Part shown: positions 14,644 to 30,942 of the stretch, one piece after another
How the letters are laid out: each line of letters starts with the position of its first letter
Numbering within the stretch: position 1 is the first letter of the stretch
From: Eledone cirrhosa
Taxonomy: Eukaryota
Length of the DNA stretch: 64,000 nt
NCBI GenBank assembly: GCA_964016885.1
Contig: OZ024743.1
Coordinates: forward strand, 172,422,001-172,486,000
Direction: 5' to 3'
Notes under the pieces: model-generated
What the model saw: only the letters and a program-made list of their open reading frames with translations
Databases searched by the model: none
Told to the model about the DNA's origin: nothing
Translations under genes and position numbers: made by a program

Positions 14644-17250
14644 TAGTGTTAGATTCTTCCGCGCCGTTCGGTGCATCAAGCGGTAAGTACTCGCCAACGG
14701 TCACGATCAGCGGCAACTTTTTCGAGACCGTGCCAGGTGATGTTGGCTGCCATCAGGTCCTTCCGGAGCGTTCGTCGCCAGGTGATCCTTGGGCAACCCC
14801 GCCTCCGTTTACCGCCAGGCAGAGTCCAGTTCATCGCTGTTTTCGAATGCCGTTCATTTGGCAAACGCAGAATATGGCCAGCCAGACGGCACCGACGCTC
14901 CGTGACCACTCTCTGTAGCGTCCACGACTCGGCTCTCCGCAAGATCTCCTCGTTTCGCACTCGGTCGCGCCAGGACATACGAAGGATATTTCGCAGGCAC
15001 CGATGGTGAAAAGCGTTTAGCCGTCTCTCTATTTTTGCCGTACTCTTCCAGGTCTCGCTCGCATAAAGCACTGTCGGCAGCACGATGCTCTTGTACAGGC
15101 GGAGCTTGGTCTTGGTGCTAATGCATGAAGACGACCGGACTAGGCACAGCCGCTGGAAAACTGCGGCTCCTTTGCCGATCCGACAGTTGATGTCGAGCTC
15201 CGCGTCGCCGCTGCTTGTCAGGATGCTGCCCAGATAGGTGAAGTGATCGACTTCCTCGAGGTCCTGTTGGTTGACTCTGATCACTGGACCTGTGTTGCTG
15301 GCCGTGGAGAGAGAATGCAACCCTGTCTGACTCCGAAGAGAATGTCAAAGAACTCCGTCACATCGGACTCAGTCCGCACGCAGCAGCTGGAGTTTTCATA
15401 CAGGGTCTTGAAAACGGCGATGAATCTTGCAGGAATGCCGTACAGTTGCGCAACATTCCACAGCGTGTTCCGGTGTACACTGTCGAATGCCTTCTGGAAA
15501 TCAATAAAATTGACCGCCAAAGGCTGTTGTAGCTGAACGCATTGTTCGAGAATGTTGCGTAGTGTAAAGATATGTTCCGTGCAAGATCGATTTTTTCGTA
15601 AGCCGGTTTGTTCCTCCCGGAGCACAGAGTCGAAAACATACCGGAGTCGACGCAGCAACACAGTGCAGAACGCCTTGCCTGAGACGACAGCAATGTGATA
15701 CCACGCCAGTTGTTGCAGTCTGCCAGGTTTCCCTCCTTCGGCAGTTTGACGATGACACCGCGCTGCTACTCAAGGGGAACCCGACCAACCCTCCAGCAGT
15801 GGTTCATCAAGTCTGTCAACGCCGTTATCGTGCTCTCCTCACCGAATTTGAGCAGCTCAGCAGAGATCTCATCCAGTCCGTCTGCTTTGCCGTTCCTCAA
15901 GTGGCTAATCGCATCTCTCGTCTCTTGCTTGGTGATATGGTGCTCGCACACTTTGAGTACCTCAGTAGTTGCTGGAGTCTCTGCGGTCAAGTGTATCAGG
16001 GCGACCGGATTTGGTTGGTTCAGCGTCTTCCGGAAGTGCTCCATCCATCTCTGCTCCTGTTCCGCTCCAGTGGTCAACGTCTTGCCATTTTTGTCCTTCA
16101 CTGGCATGTTGGCACCGCTCGACATTCCTGTCAACTCTCTCACGATGCGGAACAGTGCTTTTGTGTCGTTTCGACCAGCAGCATCCTCTGCCTCAGCACC
16201 CTTTTTCTCCAGCCAATCACGTTTGTCCCGCCGGCAGCTTCACTTTACCAGTCGATCGATTTGGCGGTATACGGCATCTCTTTTCTTTTGGTCTTCCTCC
16301 GATCTGGCAGAATCTCGCTCGACTTTTGCCTTTTTTCGTCTGTCAATCAGGTCTCACGTTGGTTCTTGGATCCATTTTTCCCTCCTCGTTCCTCGTCTTT
16401 GGCCAATAGTCTCTTGTGCTGCCTCAGTCACCGCTGTCGTGAACATCATCCATTGATCTTCCAGATCTGCAGCCTCACTCACCTGCTGGAATCGGTTGTG
16501 TAGCGCCAGTTGGTACAGTCGCGCTTGACCGGGATACTTCAGCTTCTCCACTGCATATAGCTTTGGTCTTTCCTGTCGTGTTCGTTTCTTCAGGTGCAAC
16601 TGAAGTTCCGCAGACAGTAGGTGGTGGTCTGAGCCTTGTGAATCGCCTTGTGTTTGAAATGGGTGTTGCTAATGCACAAGCTGTTGATGGCACAAAACAG
16701 CTGCAGTCTCTCGCCGTTGTCCGTGGTGATCGCAGCAGAACTGTTCAGTCCCTGTCTGTTGTAGCCAATCTGAGCGTTGAAATCACCGATCAGTAGTTTG
16801 ATGTCATGGCTCGGCAAGTTATTAAATGTGTCCTGTAGCTGTTCGTAGAAGGCGTGCTTGTCGATATCGGCTGCGTCATCAATCGGTGCGTAGCCCTGAA
16901 CAACAGTGATTTTCGCATGCCCACTTTGAAAACGGGAGGTTATGATGCGCTCGCTGACTGGCTCCCATCCGATCAATGCCCGAGTTGCTCGGGCGCTAAG
17001 CGCAAGTCCAACGCCATAAACGTGCTTGTCTTGGTGTCCAGAATAGAGCAGAGTTGTGTCTCCGCTGCCACTCATCTTTACGCTGCCGGTCCAGCGCATT
17101 TCACTCACGCCCAGCTTTCCTGCCTGGCATGGTGTACGCACGTTCCAAGTTCCAATTCGCATCTTTGTTTTGGTGCTCAGAATCCGGCGAAGGGGTGCCA
17201 ACCACTAATCTCAGTTGGCAAAGAATCGGCAAATACAGGCGGCATGCGTA
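14643..17250 (-). mobile_element. Near full-length decayed RTE-clade LINE (APE endonuclease plus RT)
   Basis: [68 protein letters not shown]. Frameshifted, with a deletion across the YADD region. Confidence 0.95.
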
Positions 17251-17306
17251 TATATATATATATATATGCAAACATATATATGTATACATACATACATACA
17301 TACATA

Positions 17307-17378
<72 letters not shown>

Positions 17379-17665
17379 GACGTAAAATAAGAAAATTATA
17401 AAAATTACTTACAGGAGTGGTTTGTTAAGAAGTCAGCAGCCGAACCATTACTATGAACTATAGTGTCTTCTTAACAAACCACTCCTCACTGATTAACCTC
17501 GATGTCACGTGATTGATTCTTTTGAATTTGCCACCGTCGCAGTAGGCAGTGATTTTTTTCAATGTCTTGGAACTTAGTCCACGCTTTGGTTTTTTCCATC
17601 CACTGAATTATTTTTGTATAAGTTCCCTGTGTCCACGCATCGCCTGGAAACTTAGCTGAGAATAG

Positions 17666-17747
17666 ACTTCCCTGATGACGAAAGGCTTCTCCGTACGTTT
17701 CTTCGGAAAGTATGTTTATTCCCTTTCAGAAACTAATTAGTTGGAGT
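17666..17747 (+). ncRNA. Type I HHR of the retrozyme-like family (also 48834 and 49352)
   Basis: ttcc-CTGATGA-cgaaagg...cctttca-GAAA-ctaattag-TT-ggag. Confidence 0.8.
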
Positions 17748-17908
17748 GAAATTTTAGTAAGTTAATTTTTATAATTTTCTTATTTTACGTCTTGCATATT
17801 ATTGTTCTGCATCCCCATGCATTGAACCACAAAGTTACTAAGACAAAACCTATATATTTGCTGGCATAAGTATGCATCTGTATATATATGTTAGTAGATA
17901 TACTAATT

Positions 17909-17957
<49 letters not shown>

Positions 17958-18129
17958 AAAAATGAAATTTCATTTCTCATTATAATAAATGTTCGGTAAA
18001 TCCATACGTACATATATATATGTGTGCATCTATGTATATATATACATACTACTGTACGTCTGTATACAAATATGTATGTACGTATACATACTTATATTTA
18101 TATATATATATATATATATGTATGCATAT

Positions 18130-18179
18130 CCATTACGAGCTGAGGATCCGCTATGGTGAAACAATTGTTCTCGGTATGG
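18130..18179 (+). ncRNA. Minimal type I HHR
   Basis: cgag-CTGAGGA-tcc gctat ggt-GAAA-caattg-TT-ctcg. Confidence 0.75.
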
Positions 18180-18241
18180 TGAACTAACTGTCGTGTAACC
18201 ACTTCTATATATATATATATGTGTGTGTGTATGTGTGTATG

Positions 18242-20770
<2,529 letters not shown>

Positions 20771-20789
20771 AGGTAGTATATACTAAGTA

Positions 20790-21275
20790 TGAGCATAAAC
20801 CTAGGAAAAATAGATCCCGACGCATTATATGGTATAACCCAGCATATAATATGGAGGTGACCACACCATTAGCTAAGATCTTTCTCTTCCCTTATTAAGA
20901 AGCATTTCCCAATAGCAAATAAATATAATAACATTTTTAATAGAAATACCATTAAAATATATTACTCCACGACACCTAAATTTGCACATAACATCACTGC
21001 TTCAAATTTAGCTAAATTTCCTAGCCATAGTAACACGTGCAACCCTGTAGCTAGTACTAACTGTAATTGTAGGAATCGGGATGACTGCCCTCTATCCGGG
21101 AAATGCCTCTCCAGTAACATTGTGTACAAATGTAAGGTCGAAAAACCCACATCTAGTAGGGACTACATAGGGTTAACCGCCAATAAATTTAAGCAGCGTC
21201 TTTACATGCACACCCATTCTTTTCTTAACCCTTTAAGAAGGAATATGACGTCACTTTCAGCTCATATCTGGAGTC
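20790..21275 (+). mobile_element. Hydra-like PLE thumb and GIY-YIG fragment
   Basis: SRRIIWYNPAYN; CNCRNRDDCPLSGKCLSSNIVYKCKVE...YIGLTANKFKQR. Confidence 0.85.
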
Positions 21276-21631
21276 TATGTTTGTTGAAAATAGTTGTGGT
21301 GTTGGTGGTTAAAATATAAAGACATGATGGTATAAACATGAAAGAATTAAATATATTCATATATGTATTATTTAAATTAATAAATTAATAAATTGGAAGT
21401 TATATTAGAAGTGAAGATAATACGATAGGTTATAATGTAAGAGATGAAATATATTTAGGGAAAGAAAATAAAAGAGAAAATAAAAGAGAGAAAAAATATA
21501 ATAGGTTATTATGTTGATTCATTGACAGTTAATAACAATAACAACAATGATGATAATGGGTTATTATAATAGTGTCATGTGGTATAATTTGAATTATGGA
21601 ATTGTTTGGTCGAATCAATATATATATATTG

Positions 21632-21676
<45 letters not shown>

Positions 21677-21814
21677 CATCTTGATTGCTAAATTAAGATT
21701 GGAGATATAAAAGATACACAAGCGAAAACCAACCCAAACCAACAGTGAGTGTGTTCTGTTATTATTATTTCCGCACAACAACAACAACAACAACAACAAT
21801 AATAATAATAATAA

Positions 21815-23200
21815 TAATGATTTCTTTATTGGCCACAGGGCTGACATCAAGAAAAACATTACAGACGGCACAGGACGGCACAGGACGGTACGATGCGAGT
21901 TTTGTGCGAGTAAAGATTTTTATTATTTATATAAGAAACGAAAAAGAAAAAATATATAGAAACATATATATATATATATAAACAATAAAAATGAAAATTC
22001 AAACAATGAAAAATTCCCCAGTAGGGGGGAAACCTCCGAGGGTTACTCCTGGCGAAAACCACACAAATGACCATGGCCACCCTGGCCACCAGGGCAAGCG
22101 CCCTCTCTGAATTTTTCCATTCCTCAAACTACAGACGTATATTCAGAGCGGTCCCGTTCACTCGGACCATTCTCGCTACATTCACCCACCTTTCAACAAA
22201 CTTGCTAGAAGACAGCACTTGCCTCTCCACCCTGATTTTCCTCTTCAAGTGAAACTTGAAAACGTTAATCAGGGATTCGCCGAAGAGGAAAGTGTTTGTC
22301 TTTAACCCTTTCAAACTCTTTCGCCATGGCCACCAGGCAGATGAAAACCGCCTTCCCTTCCTCCTCGAAGGAAGACGGCGAGACCATCTGCACAATGGAC
22401 TCAGTCGATAACCGGATCGGTCCTACACACGGCAGCAATTGTTCGGCATAGCTCCACAAGTCAGCAATGCCGGGCACTGAACGAGTGCGTGCACGACGGT
22501 TTCGTCGCTCTACGCGCATCTCGGACAGGCTTGGCTGACGGCACTTCCGTGCCTGTAGAGCTTATCTCGAACCGGCAACGCTCTCCGTTAGCACTGCCAG
22601 GCCAGGGATTTCTAGAAGTTATCCACAGGCCCTGGGTTGAAAGTTCTCCGGGAGACAGCAAACAGCTGATTTTCTTCGACGCCCAGGATCTCTCCGAGAA
22701 CTTTGTCGCTCTTCCCCTCCACTAGTCCTCTATAGAACGCCGACGTGGATGTTCCACCGATACTGGTGCCCAGCTGGCAGAGGGCAGTGAGCGCCTGGAG
22801 ACATTCCAGTTTCCAAGCGCTATCCCTCGGTCATTTCCTGACGTAGGACTGCAGTTCCGTTGAGACGAGCTGTGGGAAAACGTGTCTGGCGAACGGCGAC
22901 CACACCTATTCACCGTCAAGGAAACACCAGATATGTCCTAGCCTCAGTGCATGTTTGCGCATCATCAGCCATGGCATGCCCAGTCCTCCACGCAACGGGT
23001 GTTGACAGCAGCTGGATCGTCTGACCATGGGAGCGCGTCCCTTCCACAAAAAGCCGGAGAGGAGGCGCTCCATTTTGGTGATAGTTGGGCCAGGACAAGG
23101 GACGACGGTGAGGCGGTAGCAGATGACGGATGCGATGTACGCATTCGCCACCTCCACCCGGCTTTCAGGGTCAGTTTCCTCTCTTGGTGGACATCTAATG
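21815..23200 (-). mobile_element. Tx1-like LINE 3' portion
   Basis: NAYIASVICYRLTVV, FLWKGRAPMV, GGLGMP, zinc-finger region CPRC...ETVVHAL; 3' end gtggccaataaagaaatc(att)n. Confidence 0.85.
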
Positions 23201-23214
23201 CAACTGGCAGCAGA

Positions 23215-24768
23215 ACGGGAGAATTCCCAGCTCTGTGAGTCGAAGAGCGGTGGCGCAGCTGAAAAAGGACCCGAACAAGTGGAACAGCGTGGATAATTTC
23301 AGGCCCAGAACTTTGCTAAATGCAGAGTTCAAGATTTTGGCCAAGGTGCTAGGAAAGAGGTTGGCGCTTGTCGTCAGTGATCTGGTGGTAAAGGCACAAG
23401 CATGCAGCATTCCAGACAGATCCATCCACGACAACTCCACCTGATGCGATACATCATCTAGCTATTGAACTTGGCACAGGTGAGATATTGACGAATTTAG
23501 ATCAGTCGAAAGCTTTCGATAGGGTCGACTATCGTTATCTGGCGCGGTCCTGGGGGCGGCCGGCTTTGGGCCCGTCTTCAGAGGCTGGATCGCTGCCATG
23601 CACAGCGACATTTGCTCTGTGCGGAGAGTGAATGGTCACCGTTCAACATCATGCGCTCGGTCCCCTCTCATCACTGTTGTACGTATTGACTCTCGAGCCA
23701 TAACTGTACAAACTGGAGACGTTGAGGGGCGTCCCGAGCGAACTGGGATGCGGGAGAACCGTGTCAACATATGCTGACGACATCACCGTAGTGGTGTCGA
23801 ACGCCAAACACATCGAGGCTGGGTGATTGGCATCTGGACAGTTGCCAGGCACTCACTGCCTTCTACCAGTGGGCAATGCAGTCAGTGGTACTTCCACTCT
23901 CGAGTTCTATAGAGGATTAGTGGTCTGAAAGTGCGACAACGCTCTCGGAGAGGCTCCGGGCGTCGACAAAGTCAAACTAACTAGTCTGTTCCGGAGGACT
24001 TTCGAGCCGGGGACGATGAATAACTTCCAGAAATCCCTCGCTTGGCAGTGCTACCGGTGGAACTGCCGGTTCGAGATAAACTCTACAGGCACGGAAGTGC
24101 TGTCAGACGGACCTGTCCGAGATGCGCACAGAGAGACGAAACCGTTATGCATGCACTCATCCAGTGTCCGTGCATTACTGACTTGTGGAGTTGTCTAACA
24201 GCTGGTGAAGATAGACCCACCGCCTTCTATTGACCAGGAAGGGCAGACAATTTTCCTCTGTCTGGTGGCAGCAGCGAAAGAGGTTGTATGGTGGACCAGG
24301 TTGAAAGGACTGAAGAGAGACAATTTTCTCTTCGGACAATCCCTCATCAACCTTTTCAAATTTCACTTGGAAAGAAAAGTGAAGGTGGAGAGAGGGGTGC
24401 TGCCCCCACCCCTACCCCACCCATTACATTTGCTGATAGGTAGGTGACTGTGGCGAGAATAGCCCGTGTGAGTGGGCCTACTCTGATCATGCGCCTATAG
24501 TCTGGTGAATTTGAGGAGAGGGGTGCCCTTCCCGGGTGCCCCCGAAGTGTCTGGTGATTGGAGGGGTACCTGAGTCAACCACGGGTGATTATCTCCCCCC
24601 CTCCCCCATTAGGGGAATTTTCATTGCTTTATTTTTCTTATTTATTGTTATTGTTTTCCTATTGTTTACGCGATTTTTGTGTAAAATCCCCACTGCCCCA
24701 TCTATTGTATTGTCCCCTATATGTCGGCCCTTGTGGCCAATAAATGAAATCATTATTATTATTATTGT
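23215..24768 (+). mobile_element. Tx1-like LINE, decayed RT to 3' end
   Basis: NFRPRTLLNAEFKILAKVL, LDQSKAFDRVD, YADDIT, CPRCAQRDETVMHALIQCP; 3' end gtggccaataaatgaaatc(att)n. Confidence 0.85.
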
Positions 24769-25173
24769 TACACAGACACAGAGTGATGACAAAAGGTACA
24801 GAATAAAATAAACTATTAACATCTTTTGTCATTTCCTCAGTCTCTTTATTCGGATTCTTTTCCTCATTCCACCACCACAACTACCTCATCGTCGTCTTCA
24901 TTTTTTCTTTCACGTTTTTATTGGCTTAGTTATTTCTTATAATCTTCTAATATTCTTCTGTTGTTTTTGTTGTTGTTATTTTTACAACGTTTATATCTTT
25001 TCTTTTTCCTTTTCTTCCTATCGTTGACTTCTTCCTGGTATGGAATCTTATGTTTGGAAATTGCATGACTAGAATATTCTGGAAACTTACTTTGAATGAC
25101 ATTTCGGATTACAAGAAGCTGGTAGATAGACACAAACTCTCTTCCTTGTTTATGTCGCGACCTTATATATATA

Positions 25174-25416
<243 letters not shown>

Positions 25417-25456
25417 TTATGTGTGTATGTATATACATACATACATATACTCGCAT

Positions 25457-25489
<33 letters not shown>

Positions 25490-28400
25490 GTTAGGGAAGC
25501 AGAAAATTGCTTATTGTGATCCAGTTCGTGGTTAAGAAACCCAGTTTCATGGACGGTTTCAACGTACGGTTAGGGGTAACTCCACAAGTTTGTAAGAATT
25601 CCGTTCAATCTTGGAGTATAAAGTATAAAAGAGAAAACACAGGTAAGCATTAAGAGAAGGATTTTATCCAGGAATTTACGACCGTTTCATTGGTAAGTGC
25701 AACCTTATATTGCTATACTGCAAATAGCAGCCACTCAATTATAATTGTTGTTCACGTCCAAGTTTTCAAAATAGTGAGTAAGTTACTCTTGAAATAGAAA
25801 TAGTTCTTAATATATAGAGAAAAACATTTTGGGGGAATTGTATTTACTAGTATAGAGAGAGAGGAAGAGGAATTAGAAGGTGAGGGGACAAACGGAATAG
25901 TATAGAGAGAGAGGAAGGGGGAGAAGAGTTAGGAAGTAGAGTGACAAACTGAGATGGAGGGAGGGGTAGAGGTGGAAGGATTCCTTGATCAGTTTTGATG
26001 TAGACTTCATTGTCGTGGAATGTAGTGAGTTAAAGAGAATTAAATTGATCATAGTGGGAGGGATGGATAGAGAGAGAGAGAGGGGGAGATATAAAGAGAT
26101 AAATATATATATATAAAATAAAGATAAAGATAATAATGACAAAAATAAAAGCAAAGAAGGGGGGGAGAAAGAAGAAAAGAAAAGATAGCCAAAAGGGGAA
26201 GGGAAGGAAGGAAGAAAACGAAGAAATAGAAGAAGAATGAAGGAGAAGAGAGGGATATAGGTATTAGTTTTTGTGGGTAATTAAAAGGGTTTAGATACAA
26301 TAAGAGGGTATAAAGTCTAAGTATATGCAGTTTGTCAGTTGGTAGTAAGAGGTTAAGGGTTCGATTTGCACTTGTAATGGACAGGTTTCAGGTAGGTGGC
26401 AGTTACAATTCTTGTCATGGGCAACTTTGGCATTATTGGTGGGCTGCGATGCCTGTACAAGTGTGTTACGTTTTGTTTGCCTATTAGTGGGTGGTTGTGT
26501 ATTAGATATTCTGTTGTGATCAATGGTGATTGTATTGTTATTGTTGTAAATTTGTGTTCTGGTGTTGTTATATATCTTTTTAGCGTTAAGCATCTTAATG
26601 TGTGCCTCTATATTTGGTGCCGTGGAGTAAGATAGTCTAATAGATTTAGTGTTAAGGATTTTGCTGTATCTATGGGAATCTGGAAAGTGCTTATTTATTA
26701 TTCTAAAGAAGGTAGAGGGTAGGTTAGTACTAATAGAGGTGTTAAATATGGGGGTTATACCAAATATATTTTCTACTGCGTGACTTGTTTGATTTCGATG
26801 TTGTATTTCTATTTACCGTATACTTTGTAGTTCTATGCGTAAGTGCGTGTGTGCGTGTGTTTCTGGAGTTTGTGTGCGCTTTGCGGAGGCTTTCCTCTAT
26901 ATATTCTACTCTATCTAAGTGGCTTGCCTTGTCTAATGCGGTATTGTAGTATTCTGCATGTTCCTCGAAGATTTGTCGGTTAGACGAGAGGCTGGAGATC
27001 CTAAGTGATATGCTACGTGGAATGGATTTAATTATGGATAGTGGGTGGTTTGAGTTACAGTTGATGTATGCTAAGTTTTCATTAATCTTGTGAAAAGGTC
27101 TTATAAGTCCCGTATTTAGGTTAAGCGTCGCGTCTAGAAAGTTAACTGTTTTAGTGCTATACTCATACGTTATGCTAAGGCCTAGTTTCCCGAGAGCCTT
27201 TCTAATATTCTTACGGCGTCTTTCTGTGCTCTGGTTATTTAGGTTCTTAACTAGGAGAAGGGCGTCGTCTCTGTAGATTCCACCGTGAAGGTCGCTAAAC
27301 TCACTCTGTAAACTATGGGCTATGTAAATACCTACTAAATCTGTGACTTGAGCCGAGTCGTTAGCCCCCATCGTGATGTTAAAGTTATTTAATCTATCCT
27401 TACGTTCCCAATAGGCGTTTTCAAATTTAATTATTGTTATCCGAGCAGCTAATATGATTTTTATCTCGTCGTCTGTTAGGTCAGAATTGGCTTTGGTAGC
27501 GTTACCATGATAGCACAAATGAAAAATAAACTAGTGATTAAACTATGGGGTAACGCTACCGAAACAATTAAGTGGTTTAACAATATAGCTAACAAAAAAG
27601 TATCTAAATTTATACAATTTGACATTAACGACTATTACTCCTCTATATCCCCCAAAACCAATTCTGACCTAACAGACGACGAGATAAATATCATATTAGC
27701 TGCTAAAAAAACAATAATTAACACCTCTATTAGTACTAACCTACCCTCTACCTTCTTTAGAATAATAAATAAACACTTTCCAGATTCACATAGATACAGC
27801 AAAATCCTTAACACTAAATCTATTAGACTATCTTACTCTACGGCACCAAACATAGAGGCACACATTAAGATGCTTAACGCTAAAAAGATATATAACAACA
27901 CCAGAACACAAATTTACAACAATAACAATACAATCACCATTGAACACAACAGAATATCTAATACACAACCACCCACTAATAGGCAAACAAAACGTAACAC
28001 ACTTGTACAGGCATCGCAGCCCACCAATAATGCCAAAGTTGCCCATGACAAGAATTGTAACTGCCACCTACCTGAAACCTATCCATTACATAATGAATGT
28101 ATGCAGTCTAACCTGGTTTACCAATGCACAGTGGAATCAGACAACCAGAAATGGTATTACATCGGAGCGACTGGGAATACATTTAAAGTCCGTTGGTATA
28201 TACACCGTTACGCAATGAAACATTCCCAGCATCGTTATGTAACTACCCTTGCAAACAAGACCTGGCAACTGAGGGAAAGTAACCATCAATACACTCTGAA
28301 GTGGAAAAAATTATCGGACGCGCCCCCATATCAGAGTGGTATGAGAAGCTGTCGATTATGTGACCTTGAGCTGCTCCACATTTTGAGTTCGGAGAATAAG

Positions 28401-28757
28401 TTACTCAACAATAAAATCGAAAGATCAATTTATTGTAACCATAGACTCAAAGAAAAGTTTTCGCACTACATGTGCAAATCGAACCCTTAGCCTCTTACTA
28501 CCAACTGACAAACTGCATATACTTAGACTTTATACCCTCTTGTATCTAAACCCTTTTAATTACCCACAAAAACCAATACCTATATCCCTCCCTTCTCCTT
28601 CATTCCTCTTCTATTTCTTCGTTTTCTTCCTTCCTTCCCACCCTCTTTTGGCTATCTTTTCTTTTCTTCTTTCTCCCCCTTCTTTGCTTTTATTTTTGTC
28701 ATTATTATCTTTATCTTTATTTTATATATATATATATTTATCTCTTTATATCTCCCT

Positions 28758-28796
<39 letters not shown>

Positions 28797-29224
28797 ATCC
28801 CTCCCACTATGATCAATTTAATTGTCTTTAACTCACTACATTCCACGACATGAAGTCTACATATCAAAACTGATCAAGGAATCCTTCCACCTCTACCCCT
28901 CCCTCCATCTCAGTTTGTCACTCTACTTCCTAACTCTTCTCCCCCTTCCTCTCTCTCTATACTATTCCGTTTGTCCCCTCACCTTCTAATTCCTCTTCCT
29001 CTCTCTCTATACTAGTAAATACAATTCCCCCAAAATGTTTTTCTCTATATATTAAGAACTATTTCAAGAGTAACTTACTCACTATTTTGAAAATTTGGAC
29101 GTGAACAACAATTATAATTGAGTGGCTGCTATTTGCAGTATAGCAATATAGGGTTGCACTTACCAATGAAACGGTCGTAAATACCTGGATAAAATCCTTC
29201 TCTTAATGCTTACCTGTGTTTTCT

Positions 29225-29228
<4 letters not shown>
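25490..29228. mobile_element. Fold-back Hydra-like PLE: minus arm 25490-27500, plus arm 27505-29228
   Basis: Minus ORF has MGANDSAQVTDLVG...IYRDDALL; plus ORF has FIQFDINDYYSSI...LVYQC...YIGATG. The 3' UTRs are reverse complements. HHRs at 25674-25773(-) and 29083-29183(+). Confidence 0.93.
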
Positions 29229-29267
<39 letters not shown>

Positions 29268-29271
<4 letters not shown>

Positions 29272-30153
29272 AATCAGGAAAGAAGGTTTACATGGTTTGC
29301 TATACAAAAAAGTTTTTAATCACATAGATTACATTTGTTTCACTGAACTGGTATGTCTAGAGATCGCTATCCGCCTAATTTTGCGTCACTCGATCGCCAA
29401 TATAGAATTATAACCAGTCAGATCTTCGGAGCATGCGAGAATGAAGAAAATACACAGGCAAGAAAAGAAAAGAAAATATGGAGTAGTTATGGCATTCAAT
29501 TAGAACAATAACAACAACAATTATTACAACAATGCTATCAATAAACTATTTAAGGAGACCCTGACATTACTTAGGTGGGGGGTATATAATGTATCTAATG
29601 TTAAGGCGTGAAAACAACGCTAGCAACGCTAGCTACACTATCAACTGGTCGAAGTTGTCGGCTGCTAAAACCTATAGTACAGGTATGTCCTATTGCGGGC
29701 TGAGTGATCTTGAGCTATTGTATATCCTTAGAAATGTTAAAAGGCTACTTAATAATAAGTTAGAAAGATCTATCTTCTGCAGACATAGAATAGCCACTAA
29801 ATTCATAAGATTCAAACCTCCGTGAATCGAACCAACATAACATAGCTTTAAATTAGGATACCTACTACCCACAGAAATATATTCATTATGTATACTATTT
29901 CCTTCACAAGTCTATACCACACAATTGTCTGTAAATACCTCATCTACCAACAATCTTACTCCTTCTCAGCTGCTGCAATCATTTGATCCTAGATCCTAGT
30001 TTTTCTCATTTTACTACTACAATGTTACTTTACCTTCTTTTTGCCATAATTACAATTAGCACGCTTTTCTCTTTGCATGTATGTATATTTTTGTACGAGT
30101 GTATATTGTTGTGTATGTATGTGTCTATGTACACATATATGTGTATATATATT

Positions 30154-30206
<53 letters not shown>

Positions 30207-30888
30207 AGATATATGCGTATATTAATTCGTTATCCTCTGTATTAACTCTACAACTATTGAGCTTTGACAGTGGTCCCACTCATGTATACTGTTGAAGATG
30301 AAGAGAAAGACTGTAAAAACTAGCTTATCTTTATAATTTAAAGTTGATACACACTACGATACTTTTTGCCTTATGACAGATGGTTTTCACATTAGATACA
30401 TTATATACCCCCCACCTAAGTAATGCCAGGGTCTCCTTAAATAGTTTATTGATAGCATTGTTGTAATAATTGTTGTTGTTATTGTTCTAATTGAATGCCA
30501 TAACTACTCCATATTTTCTTTTCTTTTCTTGCCTGTGTATTTTCTTCATTCTCGCATGCTCCGAAGATCTGACTGGTTATAATTCTGTATTGGCGATCGA
30601 GTGACGCAAAATTAGGCGGATAGCGATCTCTAGACATACCAGTTCAGCGAAACAAATGTAAGCTATGTGATTAAAAACTTTTTTGTATAGCAAACCATGT
30701 AAACCTTCTTTCCTGATTTATTATTACTCCAAGTGTTTACAACATAGGAATTACAGCATACCCGCAGCATCACTATGAAAACGCCTTGTTGAATCAAACC
30801 AAGCCAAGCGTTAATATCATCCACTACCTGGAATACCATAACTGGACTTCACCTAAGTGGACTGCATTTAACTATTATTTGTTAATCC

Positions 30889-30890
<2 letters not shown>
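29268..30890 (+). mobile_element. Fold-back PLE 3' fragment
   Basis: 29268-29590 mirrors 30400-30724. Endonuclease tail YTINWSKL...LLNNKLERSIFCRH. CCGAAGA-core HHRs at 30555-30667(+) and 29323-29435(-). Confidence 0.9.

Positions 30891-30942
<52 letters not shown>

Noticed and set aside
15695-16503. Plus-strand ORFs of 234-253 aa
   Set aside because: They are antisense shadows of the RTE ORF.
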